Virus record (IMG/VR): IMGVR_UViG_3300033388_006651
Location: 64,001-128,000 of that record
Source: a virus
Length of the DNA stretch: 64,000 nucleotides
Direction: 5' to 3' (one strand)
The number at the start of each line of letters is the position of its first letter. Positions within the stretch are counted from its first letter, which is position 1. The position numbers and the translations under genes were made by a program. This document shows positions 15,465 through 22,735 of this stretch, piece after piece. The notes below the pieces were generated by a model, which was given only the letters and a program-made list of their open reading frames with translations, was not told where the DNA came from and did no database searches.

Positions 15465-15729
15465 AAATTACGATCATGAAAATTACGATCATCGATTGCA
15501 GGGACACTCGTGTGTCTAAGGAGCAGAACTCGTGATCGGGAAATACATTCTGGCCGGCAATACCTCCCACCTGTGGGGGTGCGAAATACATGTCTGCTCT
15601 CTTTGTGGGCAACATCAAGACTCGGCCGAAGAAACATGTCCTGAAGGGCGCCGCATGATGGGTTTTCGAATTTCGACTGGGGATGCCAAAAGCATCAAGG
15701 AGATACCAACATGAAAATTACGATCATCG
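15461..15729 (+). repeat. direct repeats of the ThiF gene start (TGAAAATTACGATCA) x3
   Basis: Copies at 15462, 15477 and 15712. Confidence 0.85.
15532..15714 (+). CDS. small Cys-rich hypothetical protein
   Basis: HVCSLCG...TCP; coupled to the ThiF start. Confidence 0.45.
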   Translation: MIGKYILAGNTSHLWGCEIHVCSLCGQHQDSAEETCPEGRRMMGFRISTGDAKSIKEIPT

Positions 15730-16280
15730 GAGTCGGAGCACTGGGCTCACACCTCGTGCAAGCTCTTCGGAACGAGAAGGTGACCCTCAAGGTCATCGAC
15801 TTCGACCGCGTCGAGATGAAGAACGTCGCTTCTCAGTTTCACTTCAAGAACGGAGTGGGCAAAAAGAAGGTCGATGCTCTCAAGCAGGCGATGCAATTCT
15901 GCTACGGCCGGAAGATCGAGATCGTGGGCAACAAGCTCACGGCGGACAACGTTGACCAGCTCCTGGGCGACGCTGACCTGCTCGTGGACTGCCTGGACAA
16001 CGGAGAAGCCCGGACGCTCGTCCAGGGCTTCGCTCGAGCCAATGGGGTGCCGTGCGTGCACGGAGCTCTTGCGGCCGATGGTGGCTTCGGTAGGGCCGTA
16101 TGGACTTCCGGTTTTGTTATTGACAGCGAGACATTGGGTGCGGCAACATGTGAAGACGGTGCCTTCCTCCCGTTCATCCAGCTCGTTGCCACACGCCTCG
16201 CGTACGTCGTCCAGCGATTCCTCCAAACTGGGGAGAAGCACAACTTCAACATCTTCCCCGGCGGCGTCACTAAATTCTAG
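15711..16280 (+). CDS. ThiF/MoeB/E1-like adenylyltransferase
   Basis: IIGVGALG, IDFDRVEMKN..SQ, GKKKV, VDCLDN..AR; candidate catalytic Cys in ATCED. Confidence 0.9.
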   Translation: MKITIIGVGALGSHLVQALRNEKVTLKVIDFDRVEMKNVASQFHFKNGVGKKKVDALKQAMQFCYGRKIEIVGNKLTADNVDQLLGDADLLVDCLDNGEARTLVQGFARANGVPCVHGALAADGGFGRAVWTSGFVIDSETLGAATCEDGAFLPFIQLVATRLAYVVQRFLQTGEKHNFNIFPGGVTKF

Positions 16281-16284
16281 GGCC

Positions 16285-17265
16285 GTGTGTCGAGGGACCC
16301 GGCGCACTGCTCACCTCGACATTGACGCGCTCGTGCGGGGTTACGAAACCGGCGACAGTGCCCAGACGCTGGCGAAGAAATTCAACACTGGACGTTCCAC
16401 CGTACTCACCCGGTTACGGGAAGCCGGGGTGCGAATTCGGCGTCCTTCTGAATGGGAAGAGAAACATCTGGTTCTCCTCCCCCAACACGAGGAACCTTTC
16501 ATCGAGCTCCTTGATGGCCTCATGCTCGGAGACGGCACTCTCCCTCGTGACGGGGGGCTTCGCATTGAACAGAGCCATGTGCGTCACGGGTGGTTGAAAG
16601 ACATCCAACAGGAGCTGCGGGGTTTTGGGGTGAAGAGTACGATGGACGAAGTTATACGGCCCGAAAGGGCCCGCAAAGACGGACGAATCCTTTCGGCCTA
16701 TAGGGGGTTTCTTTTGCGCACTCCTGCTTACGTTGAACTTCGCTCACAACGACAGCGATGGTATCCAGGTGATGTAAAACGCATTCCTGACGATGTGCGT
16801 ATCACCAAAAAATCTGTTGCGGCCTGGGTAAGTGGGGACGGCACAGGAGGTAAGAAGGGCACGCTGGTTCTTTGCACCGATGATTTCACCGAAGAAGGAG
16901 TCGGTCTGCTGATTGACCGACTCAAAGAGGTTTTTAATGTTAAGGCTCGACGCGTTTCAGGTGAACGACCTCGAGTCGGCCTTTACCGGAAAAATGATGT
17001 GCTCCGACTTCGTGAGGTCCTTCTCCCACACATGTCGAAATGCTGTCGGTACAAGTTCCAACACGCCCGTGGCGCCCAAAGGAAAGGGAAACTCCCCGAG
17101 GCGTCCGTGCAGGCTATTCGTGGAAAGTACGACGAGGGGGTCACGTTGAGCGTGATCGCAAAGGAGCATGGGCTGAGTCGGTCAGCCGTCAACAACATTG
17201 GTCTGCGGAAAGTGTACAAGTGGGTGGCTGAGACGGCCGTTCCAGCCACCGTCGAAGAAAGTTGA
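16285..17265 (+). CDS. free-standing LAGLIDADG homing endonuclease, paralogue of 14281
   Basis: GLMLGDGT, AAWVSGDG, YVELRSQRQRWYP shared with the paralogue; start uncertain. Confidence 0.85.
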   Translation: MCRGTRRTAHLDIDALVRGYETGDSAQTLAKKFNTGRSTVLTRLREAGVRIRRPSEWEEKHLVLLPQHEEPFIELLDGLMLGDGTLPRDGGLRIEQSHVRHGWLKDIQQELRGFGVKSTMDEVIRPERARKDGRILSAYRGFLLRTPAYVELRSQRQRWYPGDVKRIPDDVRITKKSVAAWVSGDGTGGKKGTLVLCTDDFTEEGVGLLIDRLKEVFNVKARRVSGERPRVGLYRKNDVLRLREVLLPHMSKCCRYKFQHARGAQRKGKLPEASVQAIRGKYDEGVTLSVIAKEHGLSRSAVNNIGLRKVYKWVAETAVPATVEES

Positions 17266-17275
17266 AAAAAAGTGG

Positions 17276-17304
17276 TTGACTTCCCTCAGCCCCCGATCCA
17301 ATCT
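17276..17304 (+). promoter_or_regulatory. sigma70-like promoter of the ncRNA array
   Basis: TTGACT-N17-CAATCT. Confidence 0.55.
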
Positions 17305-17317
17305 GTTCGTCCAGGCT

Positions 17318-17401
17318 GTTTCCCACGCGCAGGTCTCACAAGCACAACCCCGGTCCGAAGTGACCGGGACACTGAAGCCTCCCAGACCGCGCCCTCGAAA
17401 C
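17318..17401 (+). ncRNA. CACAAGC-module RNA with a simple hairpin payload
   Basis: GTTTC/GAAAC P1, GGTCT/AGACC P2, CACAAGCA. Confidence 0.6.
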
Positions 17402-17414
17402 TACCTACAACTAA

Positions 17415-17547
17415 GCCGGATATGACCCGTGGTGGGTCACCAACCTTCCAAGTTGGCTAACAATCCGACACCTGCACTCACCCCTTCACAGGGGTACTCG
17501 GCAAAATGTCTACAAGCATCTGCCTGGTTCGACTCCAGGATCCGGCT
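17415..17547 (+). tRNA. tRNA-Gly(UCC) with a ~60-nt module insertion in the variable loop
   Basis: GCCGGAT/ATCCGGC-U, CCAAC CTTCCAA GTTGG, CCTGG TTCGACT CCAGG. Confidence 0.75.
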
Positions 17548-17552
17548 CTAAA

Positions 17553-17678
17553 GAAGCAACCACTGCCCGTAAGGCTCACAAGCAAAGTAGCTCAGTGTAG
17601 AGCGTCTGTCCTGAAAACAGAAGGTCGCGGTTTCATCACCGTCCTTGCAACAAACCAGCTTTTCCACTCGGTCGCTTC
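17553..17678 (+). ncRNA. CACAAGC-module RNA with a degenerate tRNA-like payload (CCTGAAA loop)
   Basis: GAAGCAACC/GGTCGCTTC P1, GGCT/AGCT P2, TAGCTCAG..AGAGC D arm. Confidence 0.72.
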
Positions 17679-17716
17679 TTAACTTTTTCACTCAGCAGCA
17701 GTACACAACATAACAT

Positions 17717-17848
17717 GGAGGACATGACCCCGATGGGGGGTCGCCCGACGGTAAATCGGTAAAACCGACACCACCACTCGCTTCTTCACGGAAGCACTCG
17801 GCGAATGTCTACAAGCAACTCTTGGTTCGAATCCAGGGTCCTCCACCA
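17717..17848 (+). tRNA. tRNA-Tyr(GUA)-like with a ~60-nt module insertion in the variable loop
   Basis: GGAGGAC/GTCCTCC-ACCA, CGGTAAA loop (G33), GGTTCGAATCC. Confidence 0.72.
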
Positions 17849-17978
17849 GAAGCAACCACCACGCCTAGACTCACAAGCGAAAGTAGCTCACTCGGTAGAG
17901 CGCGTCCCTGATAAGGATGAGGAGCTGGTTCGATCCCGGCCCTTTGCAACAAAACAGTCTTTCGACTCGGTCGCTTCT
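17848..17978 (+). ncRNA. CACAAGC-module RNA with a tRNA-Ile(GAU)-like payload
   Basis: Same P1 as 17553, AGACT/AGTCT P2, CGTCC CTGATAA GGATG. Confidence 0.75.
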
Positions 17979-17986
17979 AACTTTTC

Positions 17987-18134
17987 GATCAACGCACCAG
18001 ATCAATCTCACAAGCAAATTGTTGGTTCGATTCCAACCTTCCCCACCTATGGGGAAGTGGGCAAATGGTAAAGCCACCGGTATATTAAACCGGCGTTTCA
18101 AAACGCAACTCCAGGTTTTTCACTCGCGTTGATC
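17987..18134 (+). ncRNA. CACAAGC-module RNA with a circularly permuted tRNA-like payload
   Basis: GATCAACGC/GCGTTGATC P1; order is T arm, CTTCCCC-loop-GGGGAAG, D arm, anticodon arm. Confidence 0.78.
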
Positions 18135-18146
18135 AACTAACCCCGT

Positions 18147-18190
18147 CCCCGGGCGCTGCTCCTCAAAGAGCCGCCCGGGGATTTCTTTTT
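18147..18190 (+). terminator. intrinsic terminator closing the ncRNA array
   Basis: CCCCGGGCG...CGCCCGGGG followed by ATTTCTTTTT. Confidence 0.75.
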
Positions 18191-18199
18191 AAGAACGAC

Positions 18200-18574
18200 T
18201 CATTCGTCCCGGAAGACGAGGCCCTTCGCGTAGACGTGGGCGGTCCCGAATTTCACGAACATGCGCACCAGGTCGGCTCGGACCACAGGGCGCTCGCCGT
18301 GGGCCGTGACGAAGCTGTCGTGCTCTCCAACCTCGTAGATCACGCGCACCCAGTCGCCATCGATCTCGAGATCTTGGAACAGGACCTCACCACGGATGCC
18401 CGCATGGACATTCCGACGACCTTTCTCGAGCATCCGCGCCCGCTCCTTCTGATCTATCTCAAACTCGGCATCCTGGAGGGTGAGACTCATTTTGTGGCGG
18501 CTCACCCGTCCCGTCAGGCGGCACCGCACGGTGAACCGTTTGTCATGCAGGTTCCAATAGACAAACTCTTTCAC
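18200..18574 (-). CDS. phage hypothetical protein, paralogue of 2937-3308
   Basis: VYWNLH...RRNVHAGIRG...GERPVV.AD. Confidence 0.7.
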   Translation of the reverse strand: MKEFVYWNLHDKRFTVRCRLTGRVSRHKMSLTLQDAEFEIDQKERARMLEKGRRNVHAGIRGEVLFQDLEIDGDWVRVIYEVGEHDSFVTAHGERPVVRADLVRMFVKFGTAHVYAKGLVFRDE

Positions 18575-18610
18575 GATCTCTCCTATTTAGGGGTTCGGTA
18601 TAGTCTCAAA

Positions 18611-19294
18611 ATGAAGACGATTCTGCGCGACCGGAACGAAGAGTTGGTTGAAGCCTGGAAGGGCTGGTTCAAGGATGAGCCAGTGCTCCCCGATAGCGAG
18701 ATCGTCATCGAGCAGGGTGACATCTTCGATGGGCCCGGCGACTGCATTGTGAGCCCGGCCAACAGCTTTGGCATCATGAACGGCGGCATCGATCAGGCGT
18801 ACACAGATCGTTTCGGCATCATCGTACAGGAGCGTATCCAGAAGATCCTCCGTGACAAGTATTGGGGCGAGCTCCCCGTTGGCTGTGCCGTCATCGTGCC
18901 CACCGACGACCCCGAGTTCCCTTGGTGTGCCAGTGCTCCGACCATGCGTGTGCCCGAATCCGTCAGCAACACGCTCAATGCCTACCACGCGTTTCGAGCA
19001 GTCCGGTTGGCGGTCGAGCGTCACAACAAGGACCCGCGTGCCGCCGAGCACCCGAACTGGACCATCAAAAGCATTTTGTGTCCCGGTCTCGGAACCGCCA
19101 CCGGCAAACTCGACTACGACCTGTGTGCTCGTCAAATGCTGTGTGCCTACCGGGCGCCGGACTGGCCCGGTGACTGCTCCGAGAATTTCACGACGCCCTG
19201 GGCGATGGGACGGTTCATGCGGGGAGAGGCCGACATGGCCGGGGTCTCAACGATTCACCAGACGCCCCAGTTTAAGGTCATTCAGGCGGATTAG
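18611..19294 (+). CDS. macro domain (ADP-ribose processing) protein
   Basis: GDIF..IVSPANSFGIMNGGID, APTMRVP, PGLGT.TG; start at ATG 18611. Confidence 0.88.
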   Translation: MKTILRDRNEELVEAWKGWFKDEPVLPDSEIVIEQGDIFDGPGDCIVSPANSFGIMNGGIDQAYTDRFGIIVQERIQKILRDKYWGELPVGCAVIVPTDDPEFPWCASAPTMRVPESVSNTLNAYHAFRAVRLAVERHNKDPRAAEHPNWTIKSILCPGLGTATGKLDYDLCARQMLCAYRAPDWPGDCSENFTTPWAMGRFMRGEADMAGVSTIHQTPQFKVIQAD

Positions 19295-19318
19295 CTACTG
19301 GCGCATCTCCGGGGGTTG

Positions 19319-19344
19319 TGTAAATTCTTCCTCTTCCCCGTGCA
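19319..19344 (+). promoter_or_regulatory. TGTAAA-N14-CGTGYA promoter-like motif
   Basis: Four copies with identical spacing (19319, 23054, 29565, and 59728-59753 on the minus strand). Confidence 0.6.
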
Positions 19345-19350
19345 TGTGTT

Positions 19351-19923
19351 ATGGCCGCCCAATTCGACAAGCTGCTGGTGCTGGACTTGGATGAGACTCT
19401 CATCCACACCACCGGTTTTGGGTTCCCTGGAGACCCTCCGGAGAACACCGCGGACTTTTTCGTGGACGACGGATTCTTCGCCGTCCACAAGCGCCCCGGA
19501 GTGGGGGCGTTCCTGGCCTGGTGCCTGGAGAATTTCCGAGGGGTGGGCGTCTGGACTGCGGGGACTCGGGGCTATGCTCTGGAGATCCTCCCGCACCTGT
19601 GCGACCCCAACGATTTCATGTTCGTCTGGGGCCGAGAGCGTTGTGGGTCCCGGCGCGACATGGAGGCCCAGGAGACGCACTGGGTGAAGGACATCGCCAA
19701 GCTACACAACCTCGGCTTCTCCAAATCCCAAATTTTGTGTGTGGATGACATCCCGCAGAATTTCGCGCGTAGCTATGGGAACTATATCCAAGTGCGGCCG
19801 TTCCAGGGGGACCGCTCCGACAACGAGCTTGAGTACCTGCGTCGCTACCTCGAGACACTCGGCTCGGTGCCCAACGTGCGTACCATCGAGAAGCGAGGAT
19901 GGCGCCCTACGAGTCCGGCATGA
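19351..19923 (+). CDS. HAD phosphatase of the FCP1/NIF family
   Basis: LVLDLDETLIH, KRPG..FL, WTAG...YA, KD, VDD. Confidence 0.9.
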   Translation: MAAQFDKLLVLDLDETLIHTTGFGFPGDPPENTADFFVDDGFFAVHKRPGVGAFLAWCLENFRGVGVWTAGTRGYALEILPHLCDPNDFMFVWGRERCGSRRDMEAQETHWVKDIAKLHNLGFSKSQILCVDDIPQNFARSYGNYIQVRPFQGDRSDNELEYLRRYLETLGSVPNVRTIEKRGWRPTSPA

Positions 19924-21523
19924 TCGTGATCAGGGTTCCGTCGAACTTCCGAAGGTCGAACCCTGTGATCGTCTCGTTGTAGGTGGCCAGCACGTTTTTG
20001 AGGTACTGGATGGCGACCTTTTCACCAAGCAGGATGCCCTCGTCACCGTCGCTGCGGTAGTGGACGCCGGCCATGTTGCGGGCCGTGGAGAGGTTGCTGG
20101 CGAGTTTTCCGAGTTCGGAGCTGACCGTGATCACATCGACCACGGCAGGGGTGGTGATGGCGGCAGCATCAAGCTCGGCCATCGTCTCGTCTCCGGTGAT
20201 GGATTCCACGATTTTGAAGGTCCCGCTGTCCAGGTCCTTCATCAGGGTGTCGCCGTCGAAGAACGCCTTGAGGAGCGTCGCACAGGCCCCAGAAAGGACG
20301 GCATGGCCTGCCGGGTAACTCGGGTGCGTAGGACTACCCTCCGGGTACATGAGCGGCAGGAGGTACGTGGCGCTTCCGTTGAGGGTGTTGGCTGCCAGCA
20401 TGTTGGCTGTGGTCGTTGCACCCAAGACGGAGGCATCCAACAAGTAGTCCTGGGCATCGTCGAGGGTGAAGTGGACGCGACCGGCGTAGACCTCTGGACG
20501 TAGACGCATGTGGGCCACCCACTTCTGCCGCCACGCTGCTTTGAGTGCCAGCTCTGAGACGTGAAAAACGCGGTCGAGAATCTCGCCGGCTCCGAGAGTG
20601 ACGAAGCCGTCCTCGTTTGCCAGGACGGGGATGTTCGGGTCCAGGGGCGCACCGTTCTGGAGCAGGATCTGCGCTGCGTTGAAGAACGCCAGGCCAGGAG
20701 GGTCGTTGTGAACGTAGCTTCCGAGTACTCGAGGAGAGAACGCGCGTTTGCGGGTGCCCGTCAGGTTGGCGCCGTTTGGCGTGATGCCATTTTGGATGTC
20801 GAGCCACCCTGCGGTGGTGATCGATGGAGCCGCATCGCTCTCGGTTTCGATCTCCTGGGCGACGGCGATGTTCCCCATGTTGAAATCGTGCAGGAGAAAT
20901 TGGCTGACGTACGGTCCCACCGTTTCGTCGTACCCAGTTCCACGAAAGAGCGTCCCGCGCGTGACGACGCCACCGTCTTTGGGCCCCATGAACGATCCAG
21001 CCAGGGCGTTTAGATCGGTGAGGAGGGAGGTGACGACGGGTTCTTGAGATGTGGTGCCGTTCTGGATTGCGTTGAACGATTCGTCACGAAGGAGGGCCAT
21101 GCCGTAGACCTCGATCATCTCGCCACCGGCCTCGGTAGAGGTCATGGACGGGGCTGCTGGCATCGAGACCGAGTAGGCATCTGCGCCGCTGAGGCTGAAC
21201 GCCAGAGCGGCCTGGGGATTCGTCAATTTACGAACCGCACCGGTGGCACGCACGATGCGATCGAAGTAGCTCTGGTCCCCGCTGCGGAGGGCCACCTCCA
21301 TATTCACGAAGTTCTGATCGGTGACTTCGCCGTAGCTGTTGTGCGGCAGTGTTTTCGAGTAGAGCGCCGTGCGGTAGAGAGTGCCGGCGCGATCGATGAC
21401 GAGGGCCCGATCGTTGTTGAGCGGTTGGACGACATCTGCCTCTGACCGTTGGAAATTTGCCCGGTCGATACGGAAGTCGTATGGGAGCCCGGTGGGGTCG
21501 GAGGGATCTTGGCGCTTCGGCAT
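19907..21523 (-). CDS. vanadium-dependent haloperoxidase
   Basis: QKW..H.RLRPE, SPTHPSYPAGHA, RNMAGVHYRSD vanadate-binding motifs. Confidence 0.9.
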   Translation of the reverse strand: MPKRQDPSDPTGLPYDFRIDRANFQRSEADVVQPLNNDRALVIDRAGTLYRTALYSKTLPHNSYGEVTDQNFVNMEVALRSGDQSYFDRIVRATGAVRKLTNPQAALAFSLSGADAYSVSMPAAPSMTSTEAGGEMIEVYGMALLRDESFNAIQNGTTSQEPVVTSLLTDLNALAGSFMGPKDGGVVTRGTLFRGTGYDETVGPYVSQFLLHDFNMGNIAVAQEIETESDAAPSITTAGWLDIQNGITPNGANLTGTRKRAFSPRVLGSYVHNDPPGLAFFNAAQILLQNGAPLDPNIPVLANEDGFVTLGAGEILDRVFHVSELALKAAWRQKWVAHMRLRPEVYAGRVHFTLDDAQDYLLDASVLGATTTANMLAANTLNGSATYLLPLMYPEGSPTHPSYPAGHAVLSGACATLLKAFFDGDTLMKDLDSGTFKIVESITGDETMAELDAAAITTPAVVDVITVSSELGKLASNLSTARNMAGVHYRSDGDEGILLGEKVAIQYLKNVLATYNETITGFDLRKFDGTLITIMPDS

Positions 21524-21574
21524 CTCACTTGAGTCCCGGCTATAGGAGGGTCAGTGGTTTTCTGAACAAAACCC

Positions 21575-21602
21575 TTGACTCTGCGTCTGAGGCGAGTACA
21601 TT
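21575..21602 (+). promoter_or_regulatory. sigma70-like promoter of the His/Phe tRNA cluster
   Basis: TTGACT-N16-TACATT. Confidence 0.6.
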
Positions 21603-21680
21603 CGGTTTCAAGGTAACTCTCATGTTGACGCAAGCACATACCCAGCTCCCCGATGCGGGAGCCGACTACAACACCATCAT

Positions 21681-21757
21681 GGTGTCCGTAGCTCAGTTGG
21701 TAGAGCGTTCGCTTGTGACGCGAGAGGCCGCGGGTTCAAACCCCGTCGGACACCCCA
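21681..21757 (+). tRNA. tRNA-His(GUG)
   Basis: G-1/C73, TTCGC TTGTGAC GCGAG, CCA end. Confidence 0.95.
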
Positions 21758-21842
21758 AAAACCGCACTTCCGTGCAGTTTAGCTAGCCGAGGCTTCCCTT
21801 CGTCTTTGGGACGAAGTGGAGCTTCGGCACGCCGCATTTTAT

Positions 21843-21917
21843 GCCGCGGAAGCTGACTTGGTACGCAAGCGCTGGACTGAAAATCCGGAGGTGACAGTTC
21901 GATTCTGTCCCGCGGCA
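21843..21917 (+). tRNA. tRNA-Phe(GAA)
   Basis: GCCGCGG/CCGCGGC-A, CTGGA CTGAAAA TCCGG. Confidence 0.92.
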
Positions 21918-21939
21918 CAACCTAGAAGGAAACAAGACA

Positions 21940-22134
21940 ATGTCACTCATGTTCACTAATTACGATCGCCACACCATGTGCACGCATGCTGGCCTCCTTG
22001 GTCAAAAGGCCAAGGACGGAACCCAGACGTGTGTTCGTTGCGGCAAGACGGTTCTCCCTGCAGATGTGGAGCGCTTTACGAGGCCGGCTGGACGCAAGTC
22101 CGGTCGGCAGACTCAAGGCACTACCCCTTTGTAG
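21940..22134 (+). CDS. small Zn-ribbon-like protein ending inside tRNA-Phe
   Basis: GAAGGA RBS; CTH...CVRC. Confidence 0.5.
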   Translation: MSLMFTNYDRHTMCTHAGLLGQKAKDGTQTCVRCGKTVLPADVERFTRPAGRKSGRQTQGTTPL

Positions 22135-22201
22135 CTGAGATAGATTCAAGCGCGCGGTTGAAGCCCGCGAGACTCGGGTGCGAGCACCGACTGAGGGACC
22201 A
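22125..22201 (+). tRNA. atypical tRNA-Phe(GAA)
   Basis: CGCGG TTGAAGC CCGCG; ACCA end; non-canonical T loop GTGCGAG. Confidence 0.7.
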
Positions 22202-22219
22202 CAACGGTAGGATAGCAAC

Positions 22220-22735
22220 ATGATTCTCTGCACAGACGTGGACTACAACGACGACGGAACAGCCGTCGCCGCAGGCGTGACTCTCGAGAACTGGTCGGAC
22301 GACCACGCGCTCGAGGAGCTCGTGGTGCACGTCGATGCCGTCGAACCTTACGTGCCCGGTCAGTTCTACAAGCGAGAACTTCCGTGCATCCAAGCCATCA
22401 TGGCGAAGCTGACTGGTGTCAGCCTCGTCATCGTGGACGGGTACACGTGGCTCTCGCCAGGACGCCCAGGTTTGGGAGCCCACCTGTGGGGTGATCTTGG
22501 GGGCTCGATCCCAGTGGTCGGTGTCGCCAAGGCGTACTTCAAAGATACGACGGCCACCGAAGTGTTCCGAGGTACCAGCAAGCGCCCGCTGTATGTGTCA
22601 GCCCAAGGGATGGACGACAGCGACGCGAGCATCCTGGTGCGCAACATGGCCGGGCGCAATCGGTTCCCGGAGATGCTCAAGCGCGTGGATCACCTGTGCC
22701 GGGGCCATGTTCTCCCGAAAGCGACGGCGTCATGA
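22220..22735 (+). CDS. nfi: endonuclease V
   Basis: DVDY, PYVPGQFYKRELP, VDGY, G.HL, VGVAK. Confidence 0.88.
   Translation: MILCTDVDYNDDGTAVAAGVTLENWSDDHALEELVVHVDAVEPYVPGQFYKRELPCIQAIMAKLTGVSLVIVDGYTWLSPGRPGLGAHLWGDLGGSIPVVGVAKAYFKDTTATEVFRGTSKRPLYVSAQGMDDSDASILVRNMAGRNRFPEMLKRVDHLCRGHVLPKATAS

Noticed and set aside
14281-17265. Group I introns or inteins hosting the LAGLIDADG genes
   Set aside because: The flanking Ubl and ThiF genes appear complete, and no intron core or intein splice residues were recognised.
17348-17368. Canonical Y RNA Ro-binding motif (GGTCCGA...TGACC)
   Set aside because: The two halves are only 2 nt apart, forming a simple hairpin, and the motif is absent from the other six module copies.
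17276-18190. CRISPR array or tmRNA
   Set aside because: The repeats are short structural motifs with covarying stems, not identical direct repeats with unique spacers; there is no tag ORF and no Ala G3-U70 acceptor.
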